From NCBI GenBank assembly GCA_963620595.1, contig CAVFAY010000005.1, forward strand, positions 52,187-116,186: a stretch of DNA of 64,000 nt, given 5' to 3'. The DNA is from Anaerotignum sp. (GTDB taxonomy: Bacteria > Bacillota > Clostridia > Oscillospirales > Butyricicoccaceae). The position numbers were made by a program, and so were the translations under genes. Below are positions 1 through 10,346 of this stretch, piece after piece. The notes below the pieces were generated by a model that ran no database searches, had not been told where the DNA came from, and saw nothing but the letters and a program-made list of their open reading frames with translations. How positions within the stretch are numbered: the stretch's first letter is position 1; every line of letters begins with the position of its first letter.

Positions 1-262
1 GTTCCTGAAAAAATGAGGTGTCAATGCCTGCCTGTGCACAGGTTTGTTTGATGTATGCTCCGGCGTCATCGGTTCCGATGCGGGTAATGAGCCGCACCTG
101 CTTGCCGAGACGAGATAATACCATCGCTTCATTCATGGCATCTCCACCGGTTGTCAACATGATGTTTTCCGCAGGGGTAGAAACGCGGGAAAAGACATCA
201 GGATGTGCCGGAACGACCGGTACATCGACAATCGCAGCACCAGCGAGAACAAGATCAGACAT
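1..262 (-). CDS. PfkB-family carbohydrate kinase (runs off left edge)
   Basis: Not in ORF track; manual translation from ATG at 262 gives MSDLVLAGAAIVD...TGGDAMNEAMVLSRLGKQVRLITRIGTDDAG (PfkB signature 1); AAGGAG RBS upstream. Confidence 0.85.
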   Translation of the reverse strand, partial: MSDLVLAGAAIVDVPVVPAHPDVFSRVSTPAENIMLTTGGDAMNEAMVLSRLGKQVRLITRIGTDDAGAYIKQTCAQAGIDTSFFQE

Positions 263-280
263 AAAAAGACTCCTTTCCGG

Positions 281-1153
281 TCAAATGGGATTGCGCCGAA
301 ACGCAGCAGGGGTGATGCCGGATTTACCGGAAAATGATGTAATAAAATTTGCTTCGCTGTGATAACCGACCTGATAAGCAATCTGTTTGATAGAAAGTTC
401 GGTTGTCAATAGCAGCTCTTTGGCGGCATCAATGCGGCGCAGAGTAATAAATTCGTGCGGAGAAAAGCCCGTTTGCATTTTGAACAAACGCGATAGGTGA
501 GAAGGGCTTAAATTGACAGAAGCCGCAATATCTGCCACAGAAATCGGCTCAAATAAATGCTGCATCATAAAATCCACAACTTGTGATACCGTGTCTTTTC
601 CAGATGGCAGAGAAGCTGTGCAGGGAAGAATAATTAATTCACACAGCAGTCGATGAATTCGCTGTGATTGTTCCGTTTCGCTTATACGACCAGGCAAACG
701 GAAGCTATGAATCAGCTGCATCATCATATTTTTTGTGCCTGTGGATGACGGTGGTGTAAAGACAATACGGCTGGTGTCTAAACTGCGGATATAGGAGAAA
801 AACTCCTTCGTATTGCAGCCTTCAATGTGCATCCAAAGCGTCTCGCTCGACTCCAATGCGTGGAAACGATGAGGCAAGGTACAGTCAATCAAAGCGATTT
901 GTCCAGGGCAGACGATATTGCGAATGCCAGCGTTTTCGACTTGAACTCGGCCGGAACAGACGTAATATAAAGTAGAATTGCGATGACTGGGCAGCTGAGC
1001 CACATCGCAGTCGTCTCGGAAATCATATTCCGGCGTGCAGTAATAGTGTCCGCATCGCGTGATATAATAGAATAATTTTCCAGCGGCAGCGCTCGGCGTG
1101 TTGAAATAGCGATCCGATTGAAGCAAAACACCGGGTTCTGTACATTTTCCCAT
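281..1153 (-). CDS. AraC-family transcriptional regulator (cupin + double HTH)
   Basis: C-terminal LSPSHLSRLFK...SIKQIAYQVGYHSEANFITSF..TPAAFR; start set at ATG 1153 after AGGAGAG. Confidence 0.9.
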   Translation of the reverse strand: MGKCTEPGVLLQSDRYFNTPSAAAGKLFYYITRCGHYYCTPEYDFRDDCDVAQLPSHRNSTLYYVCSGRVQVENAGIRNIVCPGQIALIDCTLPHRFHALESSETLWMHIEGCNTKEFFSYIRSLDTSRIVFTPPSSTGTKNMMMQLIHSFRLPGRISETEQSQRIHRLLCELIILPCTASLPSGKDTVSQVVDFMMQHLFEPISVADIAASVNLSPSHLSRLFKMQTGFSPHEFITLRRIDAAKELLLTTELSIKQIAYQVGYHSEANFITSFSGKSGITPAAFRRNPI

Positions 1154-1330
1154 AAAAGACCTCTCCTTTTCCTTTAGTATATCATCTTTACAGCATAAAA
1201 TCAAAACGATTGGGTGGAAAAATGGATTGTAATTTATTCAGATACGCGTATAATAGAAGAAACAAGAGAAAATGTACAGTATTTGGTACGATTTTGCGAA
1301 AAAATACGTAGAAAGAGAGGAAAATCATGT

Positions 1331-2704
1331 ATGATTCGAGATAAGAAATTTTATAAATCTTTTGCCGGATTGACGGCAAGTATTGCTCTGCAAAATTTGC
1401 TGACATATTCGGTCAATCTAGCGGATAATATCATGATTGGACGGTATTCTCAGGATGCACTGTCCGGCGTGTCCTTGTGTAACCAGTACCAATTCTTTTT
1501 ACAGATGCTGGTTGTCGGCGTCAGTGAAGGTATTGTGGTGCTGGGTTCGCGCTATTGGGGAAAAAAGGATTTGAAGCCAATTCCGAGTATTATCGGCTGC
1601 GGTCTGCGGTTTGGCTGTGGCTTGGCACTGCTGATGTTTTTGGCAGCCCTGCTGGTGCCGAACCAACTGATTGGCCTGATGACCAACGATGCCGCTGTCG
1701 CTGCGCAGGCGTTGGACTATTTGCAGATTATCTGCTTTACTTATGTAATTTTTGCGGGAACCAATATGCTGGCAAGTTCTCTGCGTTCGATCGGCATCGT
1801 GAAGATCGGTTACATCATAGCGGGCTCCACACTTTGTATTAACATTGTGCTCAACAGTCTGCTGATATATGGCCGGTTTGGTTTTCCGGAATTGGGTGCC
1901 CGCGGTGCAGCTATTGCGACACTGATTTCGCGAACAGCGGAGCTGTTCATTGTGATTTGGTTCCTCAAATACAGAGAGCATGCACTGAATCTCAATCTCA
2001 AAAAGTTGGTGTGCATTGACACGCGGTATGTGCATGATTATGTGCAAGTGTCGCTCCCGCTGCTCATCACGCAGGCGTTATGGGGCTTTAATTCCATTGC
2101 ACAGACGGCAATTATCGGCAATATGGATGATTCTGCATCTGTGCTGCCTGCCAATTCTATTTCTGTTATTGTATTCCAGATTATTTCGGTTGTTGGTTAC
2201 GGAGCGGCGAGTGCCGCAGCCATTATCACTGGCAAAACACTGGGAGAAAACGAGAAGCGGCCGGTTCAAGCGATGAAACCGCTGCTGCATACCTTGCAGA
2301 TTGTTTTTATTGGAATTGGCATCGTGACCGGCGTAGTGCTGTTTTTGGCGCAATTCCCGATTCTGCATATTTATGATACGCTCACGCCGAGAGCGGCACA
2401 GTTGACCAAACAATTTATCACCGTTTTGGCGATTACTACCGTCGGCACGTGCTATCAGATGGCAACCGACAGTGGCTTTTTGCGGGCGGGAGGCGATACG
2501 CGGTTTTCTATGATAAATAACAATATTTGGACTTGGCTTATTTGCTTGCCGTGTGCATATTTGTCTGCTTTTGTGTTCCATTTTCCGCCGGCTGTTGTAT
2601 TTTTCTGCTTGAAAATGGATCAGATTGGAAAATGCCCAATTATTTACCTGCGAGCGAAATCGTACCGCTGGATTCATATTCTGACAAGAGAATCGGCATC
2701 TTGA
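1331..2704 (+). CDS. MATE-family efflux transporter
   Basis: NLADNIMIG, FPELGARGAAIATLISR, LRAGGDTRF; ~12 TM segments; ATG 1331 after AGAGG. Confidence 0.9.
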   Translation: MIRDKKFYKSFAGLTASIALQNLLTYSVNLADNIMIGRYSQDALSGVSLCNQYQFFLQMLVVGVSEGIVVLGSRYWGKKDLKPIPSIIGCGLRFGCGLALLMFLAALLVPNQLIGLMTNDAAVAAQALDYLQIICFTYVIFAGTNMLASSLRSIGIVKIGYIIAGSTLCINIVLNSLLIYGRFGFPELGARGAAIATLISRTAELFIVIWFLKYREHALNLNLKKLVCIDTRYVHDYVQVSLPLLITQALWGFNSIAQTAIIGNMDDSASVLPANSISVIVFQIISVVGYGAASAAAIITGKTLGENEKRPVQAMKPLLHTLQIVFIGIGIVTGVVLFLAQFPILHIYDTLTPRAAQLTKQFITVLAITTVGTCYQMATDSGFLRAGGDTRFSMINNNIWTWLICLPCAYLSAFVFHFPPAVVFFCLKMDQIGKCPIIYLRAKSYRWIHILTRESAS

Positions 2705-2792
2705 CAAATGGCAGCCAAATCACCCGGCTGCTTTACAATATTTGCTTTTTTCCGTATAATACAGAAGAAATGATAAAAAGGAGAATCAGCAC

Positions 2793-3593
2793 ATGAAATT
2801 GACGATACTGGGAACCGGCAATGCTCTGGTGACGGAATGTTATAACACCTGTTTTGTGCTCAGTGAAGGAGAAAAGCATTTTATGGTAGATGCAGGCGGT
2901 GGAAACACAGTTTTGCGTCAGCTCAAGCAGGCGGGAATTGATGTCAATACCATTCACGATTTGTTTTTGACACACAAGCATGTAGACCATTTTATGGGTG
3001 TGATTTGGATGATTCGCATCATTTGTCAGAATATGCAGAAGGGTGTTTATACAGGAGAAGCGCGAATTTATGGTCATGCAGAGGTGATAGAGCAGGTCAA
3101 TCAGGTTGCGCATATGCTTCTGGGTAAAAAGCAGACCAAGTACATCGGAGATCGTGTTCATCTCATCGCTGTGGCAGATGGTGAAATACGAGAGATTCAG
3201 GGCAATTCGGTTACCTTTTTTGATATTCAGTCTACGAAAGCAAAGCAGTTTGGATTTCAGATCACACTGCCGGATGGAAAGCGTTTGACCTGCTGCGGAG
3301 ACGAACCGTATCGAGAATGTGAAGAAAAATATGCGAAAAACAGTGATTGGCTGCTGCACGAAGCTTTTTGCTTGGATGCACAGGCGGATATTTTTCACCC
3401 GTATGAAAAGAGCCATTCAACAGCAAAGGATGCCTGTCAGACGGCAGAAAAACTGCATGTCAAAAATCTTGTATTATATCATACGGAAGATAAAAACATT
3501 GCTCATCGGCGGGAGTTGTATACGGCGGAAGGTCAGCCGTATTTCAGCGGAAGCTTGTATGTGCCGGACGATTTAGATGTGATAGAGCTGTAA
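2793..3593 (+). CDS. MBL-fold metallo-hydrolase, RNase Z/BN-like
   Basis: LGTG, DAG, THKHVDH (HxHxDH), CGD, HEA, HST, LYH motifs. Confidence 0.85.
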   Translation: MKLTILGTGNALVTECYNTCFVLSEGEKHFMVDAGGGNTVLRQLKQAGIDVNTIHDLFLTHKHVDHFMGVIWMIRIICQNMQKGVYTGEARIYGHAEVIEQVNQVAHMLLGKKQTKYIGDRVHLIAVADGEIREIQGNSVTFFDIQSTKAKQFGFQITLPDGKRLTCCGDEPYRECEEKYAKNSDWLLHEAFCLDAQADIFHPYEKSHSTAKDACQTAEKLHVKNLVLYHTEDKNIAHRRELYTAEGQPYFSGSLYVPDDLDVIEL

Positions 3594-3634
3594 AAAAACA
3601 AGTCTGATTCAGGAAAGAATCAGACTTGTTTTTT
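3593..3634. terminator. Bidirectional intrinsic terminator
   Basis: AAAAAACAAGTCTGATTC-aggaaa-GAATCAGACTTGTTTTTT between convergent genes. Confidence 0.85.
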
Positions 3635-4981
3635 CAATTTGCGGTATACTGTGAGGTACATGGTTGTAAAGCTGGCAGCACCGCCGAGCAAGTTGGAAAT
3701 CGGCTCGGCGAGGAAAACGCCGTTGACACCCAAACCAGCAATATGCGGCAGAAGCAGCGTCAGTGGAATCACAACAATGACCTTGCGGAAGATAGAGAAG
3801 AAAATTGCTTGGTGTGATTTGCCCAGAGCCGTAAAAACCGATTGGGCAGAAAACTGAAATGCCATGAAGCAAAAGCCAAAGAAATACAGATGCATGGATG
3901 GCACGCCTGCGGCGAGCAATTGCGGATCGGTATTGAAAATCGAGATAAAAAAGTGCGGAAAGAGAGAAACAATGCCCCACATGAGTGTCGAATAGACAAA
4001 TAATAGCCCAGTTAAGAACACAATCGCCTTGCGGACACGCTCCAGTAGAGCGGCACCGTAATTGAAACTGATGACCGGCTGCGCGCTGCTAGTGATACCG
4101 TTGACAGGGAGCATGATAATTTCCCGTACAGAGTTGAGCACGGTCATGACGCCGACATATAGATCACCGCCAAAGGTTTGCAGGGTGCTGTTGCAGGCAA
4201 CCTGCACCAAGCTGTTTGTGACGTTCATGGTAAAACCGGCAAGTCCAAGGGTTAAAATTTTCTGCACGCGCTGTGCTTGCAATCGCATGTGCTTGGTGCG
4301 AATGCGCAGCAGCGTTTTGGAACCGGTCAAAAAGCGAAACGTCCAGATAGCAGAAACAAATTGCGAGAGCACCGTTGCACACGCTGCGCCGCGCACGCCC
4401 ATGTGCAGAGCAAAGATAAAGATTGGATCGAGAATTAAATTGAGCACTGCGCCGATGATGACAGTTAGCATACCGGTAGTGCCGAAGCCCTGCGCATTGA
4501 TGAACTGATTTAATCCCAATGACAGCATGACGAAAATGGTGCCGAATAGGTAAATCGTGATATAGGATATGGCATAGGGCAGTGTCGTTTCACTTGCACC
4601 GAGCGCCAGCAGAAGAGGACGGCGGATAAGCAGTCCCAAAACGGTCAAAGAAACACCAATACCCAAAAGCAGGGTAAAGCAATTGCCCAAAATAGCTTCT
4701 GCTTCTTCGGTTTCTCCGGCACCGCGTTTCATCGAGAACAGCGGTGCACCGCCCATGCCGACGAGGTTGGAAAAGGCCAAAATCATCGTGATAATGGGAA
4801 AACATACGCCCAAACCGGTTAAAGCATGTGTGGCATCAGCGCCGATTCTGCCGATATATACGCGGTCAATAATATTGTATAAGACGTTGACCAATTGTGC
4901 CAACGTCATAGGTACAGCAAGCCGAATGATATTCGAGGACACACTGCCCTGAGAAAAATCTGTATTGGTCTGCGCTTGCAA
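3620..4981 (-). CDS. MATE-family efflux transporter (MepA-like)
   Basis: LYNIIDRVYIGRIG, LNLILDPIFIF, GVRGAACAT; probable TTG start 4981 after AAGGAAG. Confidence 0.9.
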   Translation of the reverse strand: MQAQTNTDFSQGSVSSNIIRLAVPMTLAQLVNVLYNIIDRVYIGRIGADATHALTGLGVCFPIITMILAFSNLVGMGGAPLFSMKRGAGETEEAEAILGNCFTLLLGIGVSLTVLGLLIRRPLLLALGASETTLPYAISYITIYLFGTIFVMLSLGLNQFINAQGFGTTGMLTVIIGAVLNLILDPIFIFALHMGVRGAACATVLSQFVSAIWTFRFLTGSKTLLRIRTKHMRLQAQRVQKILTLGLAGFTMNVTNSLVQVACNSTLQTFGGDLYVGVMTVLNSVREIIMLPVNGITSSAQPVISFNYGAALLERVRKAIVFLTGLLFVYSTLMWGIVSLFPHFFISIFNTDPQLLAAGVPSMHLYFFGFCFMAFQFSAQSVFTALGKSHQAIFFSIFRKVIVVIPLTLLLPHIAGLGVNGVFLAEPISNLLGGAASFTTMYLTVYRKLKKQV

Positions 4982-5148
4982 GACAGTCGCTTCCTTTCTG
5001 AAATTTATAGATTCTTGAAAAATATTATAACATCTTGCCATGGAAAAAGCAAAAGATTGGCTATCTTTCAAATTGACATAACACAAGCAATTTTGTATGC
5101 TAGTGTTCGTGAGAAACAATATAAGAGGAAAGGTAGTACATACAACAA

Positions 5149-6378
5149 ATGGAACAAGAAAAATCTTTTTTTCAACGCATTGGAAAAGATAAGCGATATA
5201 TTGTATTAAACTTGTTTTTCGCTTATTTTTCGCTGGGTGTGGCACTGATTATGCTTGGATCGGTGCTTCCAGTACTCAAATCGGACTATGCACTCAATTA
5301 TCAGGTCGGCGGTATGCTGCTGTCGGTACAGTCGATAGGCTATGCGGTAGCCGGTCTCGGTGCGGGATTTCTGCCACTGTATCTTGGACTGAAAAAATCG
5401 TTTATTTTGTTGACTTCCGGCACCTGCATCGGTATGGGAATGCTGCTCGCAAGCGGCAATCCGGTTTGGCTGCTCGTTGCGATGGGCTTAATTGGCATCA
5501 GTAAAGGTGCAGTGACTAATTATAACAATCAAATTATGACGGATCTGGCGGAAGGCGATGCCGGTCCACTCAACTTGATGCACGCGTTCTTCGCAATTGG
5601 TGCATGTCTGGCACCGCTTATCGTGTTAGTGTGCGGAAAAGTTGATGCGAGCGGTTGGAGACTGGCAGTTTTCCTGTCGGCAGCAGCAGTCGGCGTGGGA
5701 TTGATTGCCATGTTCCGCATGAAAATGAGTGATACGCGACCGACGCAGGAACACAGCGAGAGCAAAAACAAGGTGTCATATGGCTTCTTCAAAGAAAAAA
5801 TCTTTTGGATTACAATGCTCATTTGCTTTTTCTATCAGGGCATTGAGGGAACCATGATGGGCTGGCTGACGTCATTCTTCGTCGATTCGCATGTCATGAC
5901 GGATAGCTTTGCACAGGTAGTTACGTCTACTCTATGGATTGCTCTGCTCATCGGCCGCATTAGCTGTTCGCGTTTGGCTGCAAAGTTCAAGCCGAGTCAG
6001 ATGATTCTGGCAATGGCCATCGGTCAGTTTGTCTTTTTGACCATGCTTGTCACAAGCCATAGCTTTGCCGGTATGATGATTGCGACGATTGGATTGGGTC
6101 TCAGCATGTCCGGTATGTATGGCACATCAGTATCCAATGCCGGTGATTTGTTCACCCGTTATCCGGTATGCATGGGCTTTTTTGTCCTGATGACCAGCTC
6201 CGGTGCGGTGGTTGCTCCGGCGGTTGTCGGTGCCGTGGCAAATGCATCGAATATGCGTTTGGGCATTTCGTGCCTGCTGCTGGCAGCGGTTGCGCTGGTT
6301 GTCATGGCTCTTGGCAATGTGCGTATGGGATATCTGCGCCGCCAGAGAGCGAAAAAAGCAGACAAGCAGCACGCATAA
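5149..6378 (+). CDS. MFS transporter (fucose permease/TsgA-like)
   Basis: ~12 hydrophobic segments; LNLMHAFFAIGACLAP and FFYQGIE motifs. Confidence 0.8.
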   Translation: MEQEKSFFQRIGKDKRYIVLNLFFAYFSLGVALIMLGSVLPVLKSDYALNYQVGGMLLSVQSIGYAVAGLGAGFLPLYLGLKKSFILLTSGTCIGMGMLLASGNPVWLLVAMGLIGISKGAVTNYNNQIMTDLAEGDAGPLNLMHAFFAIGACLAPLIVLVCGKVDASGWRLAVFLSAAAVGVGLIAMFRMKMSDTRPTQEHSESKNKVSYGFFKEKIFWITMLICFFYQGIEGTMMGWLTSFFVDSHVMTDSFAQVVTSTLWIALLIGRISCSRLAAKFKPSQMILAMAIGQFVFLTMLVTSHSFAGMMIATIGLGLSMSGMYGTSVSNAGDLFTRYPVCMGFFVLMTSSGAVVAPAVVGAVANASNMRLGISCLLLAAVALVVMALGNVRMGYLRRQRAKKADKQHA

Positions 6379-6403
6379 GCATCGTTTATATGTAAATATA
6401 TGT

Positions 6404-6437
6404 AAAAATCCCGCGGTGTAAAAACCGCGGGATTTTT
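6404..6437. terminator. Bidirectional intrinsic terminator
   Basis: AAAAATCCCGCGGT-gtaaaa-ACCGCGGGATTTTT. Confidence 0.85.
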
Positions 6438-6452
6438 GCGATATAAGAAAAC

Positions 6453-8249
6453 TTATTTATTCACACCGAAATGAATAGTCGTGTCCTCGTCGTTTTGCTG
6501 CTGTAAATGCATATTCAGCGGCATTATCCAGCTATTATGATCGGTATGCAGCAGTTCTTCTGCCAGCTCGGACATTGGCTCACCGAGATAGGTATCGTAC
6601 AGAACATTGATTTCCTTGTTCTCATGCGAGTAGCGCAGCGGGCTGAGACGGTCAAGGCTGTACAGCATATTGCCGCGTGCGTCAGCAAGTTCGTTTTGCT
6701 CGAACGGAATCGGCTGACCGCCGCCGCCGACACAGCCGCCTGGACATGCCATGATTTCTACGAAGTCATAGTGTACCTTATGGGTCAGAACCGCTTGAAT
6801 CAGCTTGCGGGCGTTGCCCAGACCGCTGGCAACAGCACAGCGAATGGTCGTGCCGTTGAGGTCAAATTCTGCTTCGCGCCAACCCTCTTGACCACGAATA
6901 GAACGGAAGGCATCTGCCGGAGCGTTTTCGCCGACAACCGTGTGATATGCTGTGCGCAGAGCAGCTTCCATAACACCACCGGTTGCGCCGAAGATGACAC
7001 CGGCACCGGAGCCGATACCGAGCGGAGAATCAAATTCTGCTTCCGGCAGGCTGAACACATTGATGTTCTGCATCCGCATCAGGCGATCCATTTCACGGGT
7101 CGTGAGCACGATGTCAACATCCTGCATACCGTGCTTTTTGTTTCGGTCAAAGACATGACCGTCTTTTTCTGCCTTTTTGGCGATACACGGCATGATAGCA
7201 ACACTGCAAATCTTTTCCGGATCAATGCCCATCTTTTCGGCAAAATAGGTTTTGGTAATCGCACCAAACATCTGCATCGGGCTCTTAGCAGTAGAAATCT
7301 GCTGCACGAGCTGTGGGTACTGCGACTTGACAAAGCGCATCCAACCCGGGCAGCACGAGGTGAACATCGGCAGATCCTTCAGCTCGCCGTTTTGCAGGCG
7401 CTTCAGAAATTCGGTGGATTCTTCCATGATAGTCAAATCCGCAGAGAATGCGGTGTCAAAGACATAATCAAAGCCCATTGAGCGCAGAATGGCAGTCAAG
7501 CGGCGAACCGTTGCCATCTCACGCGGCAGACCGTGTGTCTCGCCCCAAGCGGCGCGAACCGCAGGCGCAATCTGTACCACGGTAATCTTGTTCGGATCGC
7601 GCAGAGCATCCAGCACTTCGCGGGTGTCATCGCGCTCACGCAATGCACCGACCGGACAGTGCGTAATACACTGTCCGCACAGAGAGCAGTCAGAATCCTT
7701 GATCCGTCGATTGTATGTGACATCGACGGTCGTGCGGGAGCCGGAACCGCTCATGCCCCAGATGCCCAGTGTCTGAATCTTTTCGCAGTACTGGACACAG
7801 CGCATACATTTGATGCACTTTTGCACATTACGGTACAGCGGGAAAGTTTCTGTCCAGATACGCTTAGGCAAATCTTTTTTATATGGATTCTTCAGCAAAC
7901 CAAAGTTGTTTGCGACCTGCTGTAATTTACAGTTTCCGGCGCGGACACAAATTGAGCACTCGCCATCGTGCTGGGAAAGCAGCAGTTCCACATTGATGCG
8001 GCGTGCTTCCAGTGCGCGATGAGAGTTGGTGTGGACGACCATGCCTTCATATACCAGGTTGTTGCAGGAGGATACCAGTCGGCTTTCTCCCTCAACCTCC
8101 ACGCAGCAAATGCGGCACGCGCCGATTTCATTGATTTCCTTGAGATAGCACAGGGAAGGAATGGTGACGCCGGCCTTGGCAGCGGCTTCCATAATCGTTG
8201 TGCCTTCCGGTACGCGGACGGCAATGCCGTTGATAATTACATTTACCAT
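6453..8249 (-). CDS. hydA: [FeFe]-hydrogenase catalytic subunit, group A (2Fe-2S, His-4Fe-4S, 2x4Fe-4S, H-cluster)
   Basis: H-cluster motifs TSCCPGW, MPCIAKKAE, EIMACPGGCVGGGGQP; ferredoxin motifs CIKCMRC and CSLCGQCITHCP. Confidence 0.95.
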   Translation of the reverse strand: MVNVIINGIAVRVPEGTTIMEAAAKAGVTIPSLCYLKEINEIGACRICCVEVEGESRLVSSCNNLVYEGMVVHTNSHRALEARRINVELLLSQHDGECSICVRAGNCKLQQVANNFGLLKNPYKKDLPKRIWTETFPLYRNVQKCIKCMRCVQYCEKIQTLGIWGMSGSGSRTTVDVTYNRRIKDSDCSLCGQCITHCPVGALRERDDTREVLDALRDPNKITVVQIAPAVRAAWGETHGLPREMATVRRLTAILRSMGFDYVFDTAFSADLTIMEESTEFLKRLQNGELKDLPMFTSCCPGWMRFVKSQYPQLVQQISTAKSPMQMFGAITKTYFAEKMGIDPEKICSVAIMPCIAKKAEKDGHVFDRNKKHGMQDVDIVLTTREMDRLMRMQNINVFSLPEAEFDSPLGIGSGAGVIFGATGGVMEAALRTAYHTVVGENAPADAFRSIRGQEGWREAEFDLNGTTIRCAVASGLGNARKLIQAVLTHKVHYDFVEIMACPGGCVGGGGQPIPFEQNELADARGNMLYSLDRLSPLRYSHENKEINVLYDTYLGEPMSELAEELLHTDHNSWIMPLNMHLQQQNDEDTTIHFGVNK

Positions 8250-10081
8250 TGTCTCATTCGACCTCCTCTAAAGTTGCCGTAGCCGTAATGATCGCAGCGC
8301 AGGCAGCGGGAAGATTCCTGCAGAACTTCTTCCTCTGTCATGCACTCCTTGATGTCATCAAAGTTATCGACACATTCACACGCCGGACGGGTGCGTACGT
8401 TGACGCGACCGCAAGCAGTTGTCGGAGACAGCGGAGCCTCCGGAATATCCTCAACGGCGGCATGAATAACATGGTTGTAGCCGAGGAAATTGTCGATATT
8501 CGCAGCCGCAACTTTACCGGCTGCAATTGCGCGGATAACAGTGGACGGACCGGTTACGGCGTCACCGCCTGCGAAGGTCTTGGTGCTGCCTTCTACGATA
8601 CTATCCGGCAGAGCGGAGAAGCGTTCCCGATTAACAGCAATGCCTGCGGCAGCAAATGCCTTGGAGTCGATACCCTGACCGATTGCTACGATGACGATGT
8701 CGCACGGAATGACGTTTTCTTCTTTTGTTGCTTTGATTGGACTCGGTCTGCCGTCTCTGCCGACAGGACCAATGTGCTGTGGCTGGGTGATAAGAGCTGT
8801 GACATTACCGTTTTTGTCGTGCTCAATGCGCAGCGGAGCCTGCAACGGCAGAATGGTAACGCCTTCTGCAGCTGCCTCTGCAATCTCTTCAGCCAGCGCA
8901 GTCATATCGTCGACACGACGGCGATAGACGGTGGTGACATTGGAAGCACCTAAACGAATTGCTGTGCGGCTGGCATCCATGGATACATTGCCGCCGCCGA
9001 TGACGCAGACGCGCTTGCCGGTCAGATCCGGCGGGTTGCCTTCGCCAATGGCACGCAGCATAGCGACAGCGGAAACGACGCCGTTGCTGTCCTCGCCGGG
9101 GATACCGACCTTGCGGTCTACATGGGCGCCGATGCACAGCAGAACCGCATCGTATTCGCGCTCAATATCGACAACCTGAATGTCATTGCCGACAGAAATA
9201 TCGGTATGTACTTCAACGCCAGTGCTGAGAATGACATCAATATCATTTTGAAGCATGTCCTCTGGCAGACGATAGCGCGGAATGCCGTAACGCAGCATAC
9301 CGCCTAGCTTTGGACGTTGTTCGTAAACGACGGTCTGATGCCCCATCAGCTGCAGATAAAAGGCACAGGTCAAGCCGCATGGACCGCCGCCGATGATAGC
9401 AATGCGCTTGCCTGTAGACGGCTGATTAGAAATTGGCGCAACATGCAGGGCGTGAGTGACAGCATAATGCTTGATGCCGCAGATATTGACGGCGTCATCT
9501 ACCATATTTCTGCGGCAGCGTGCTTCACATGGATGCTCACAGATAAAGGCACAAGCGGTCGGGAACGGATTGTCCTTGCGGATGAGCTTTACGGCATCCT
9601 CACAGCGACCGGCGCGCACGAGAGCGATATAGCCTGGAATATCTACGTGAGCCGGACACAGAGCAACACAAGGAACAGGCTGGGTCAGACCGCTGGTACA
9701 GCGATTGTTGAGCACGTGCTCCTCATAGTCATCGCGGAAGCCCTGAACACCACGCAAAACCATACCGGCAGCTTCGTAGCCGATGGCACAGTCTGCTGTT
9801 TCCAGGATCGTACGGGCGGTACGCTCAATGCGGTCAATGGTCTCTAATGTGGCACGTTCGCTCAGAACATCATCCATGAGACTGGCAAGCTGACCCAGCC
9901 CGATACGGCATGGGGCACATTTGCCGCAGGTCTGTGCATGACACAGCTTTAGAAAACCAAGAGAAATATCCACTGGACATAGTCCTGGAGGGCTGGCTGC
10001 AATACGGCGCTCCAGATCTTTGTACAGACCCTCGACAACAGTTTGCGCCTGATTCGGGGTATCAAGACTTAATCTGCTCAA
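8243..10081 (-). CDS. NuoF-type 4Fe-4S domain fused to GltD-like FAD/NAD(P) oxidoreductase (hydrogenase partner subunit)
   Basis: TCGKCAPCRIG...CAIG; PCVALCP; ICEHPCEARC; GGGPCG; GGGNVSMD; overlaps hydA start by 7 nt; TTG start after GAGGAG. Confidence 0.9.
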   Translation of the reverse strand: MSRLSLDTPNQAQTVVEGLYKDLERRIAASPPGLCPVDISLGFLKLCHAQTCGKCAPCRIGLGQLASLMDDVLSERATLETIDRIERTARTILETADCAIGYEAAGMVLRGVQGFRDDYEEHVLNNRCTSGLTQPVPCVALCPAHVDIPGYIALVRAGRCEDAVKLIRKDNPFPTACAFICEHPCEARCRRNMVDDAVNICGIKHYAVTHALHVAPISNQPSTGKRIAIIGGGPCGLTCAFYLQLMGHQTVVYEQRPKLGGMLRYGIPRYRLPEDMLQNDIDVILSTGVEVHTDISVGNDIQVVDIEREYDAVLLCIGAHVDRKVGIPGEDSNGVVSAVAMLRAIGEGNPPDLTGKRVCVIGGGNVSMDASRTAIRLGASNVTTVYRRRVDDMTALAEEIAEAAAEGVTILPLQAPLRIEHDKNGNVTALITQPQHIGPVGRDGRPSPIKATKEENVIPCDIVIVAIGQGIDSKAFAAAGIAVNRERFSALPDSIVEGSTKTFAGGDAVTGPSTVIRAIAAGKVAAANIDNFLGYNHVIHAAVEDIPEAPLSPTTACGRVNVRTRPACECVDNFDDIKECMTEEEVLQESSRCLRCDHYGYGNFRGGRMRQW

Positions 10082-10147
10082 ATCGACTCACTCCTCACTC
10101 ATAAATACAAAAATATACGAAAACAAAAATAGATAATATGTATTCCT

Positions 10148-10176
10148 ATTTTACCGCATCGTACAGATATTTGCAA
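10148..10176 (-). promoter_or_regulatory. sigmaA-type promoter of hydrogenase operon
   Basis: TTGCAA-17-TAAAAT on minus strand. Confidence 0.55.
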
Positions 10177-10300
10177 CAAAATCAACCAGAAAAAGCCCAA
10201 AAAACGAGAAGTTACAAAATAAAATCAAAAATTCTACCTAAAAAACAAGAAGAAAATGAGATGGCGTTTTGATATGGTATGACGGCAGACATGCAAAGGC

Positions 10301-10340
10301 AAAAAAATCCCGCAGGCACATGATGGCGTGCCTGCGGGAA
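10301..10340 (-). terminator. Intrinsic terminator after hydG
   Basis: TCCCGCAGGCAC/GTGCCTGCGGGA stem with T-tract on minus strand. Confidence 0.75.
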
Positions 10341-10346
10341 GGAAAA

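Noticed and set aside
1214..5245. Extended N-termini from the ORF track (e.g. starts 1204, 1214, 5245; also 16040, 42231, 53871, 61674)
   Set aside because: They overlap neighbouring genes or promoters; downstream starts have proper RBSs and match family lengths.
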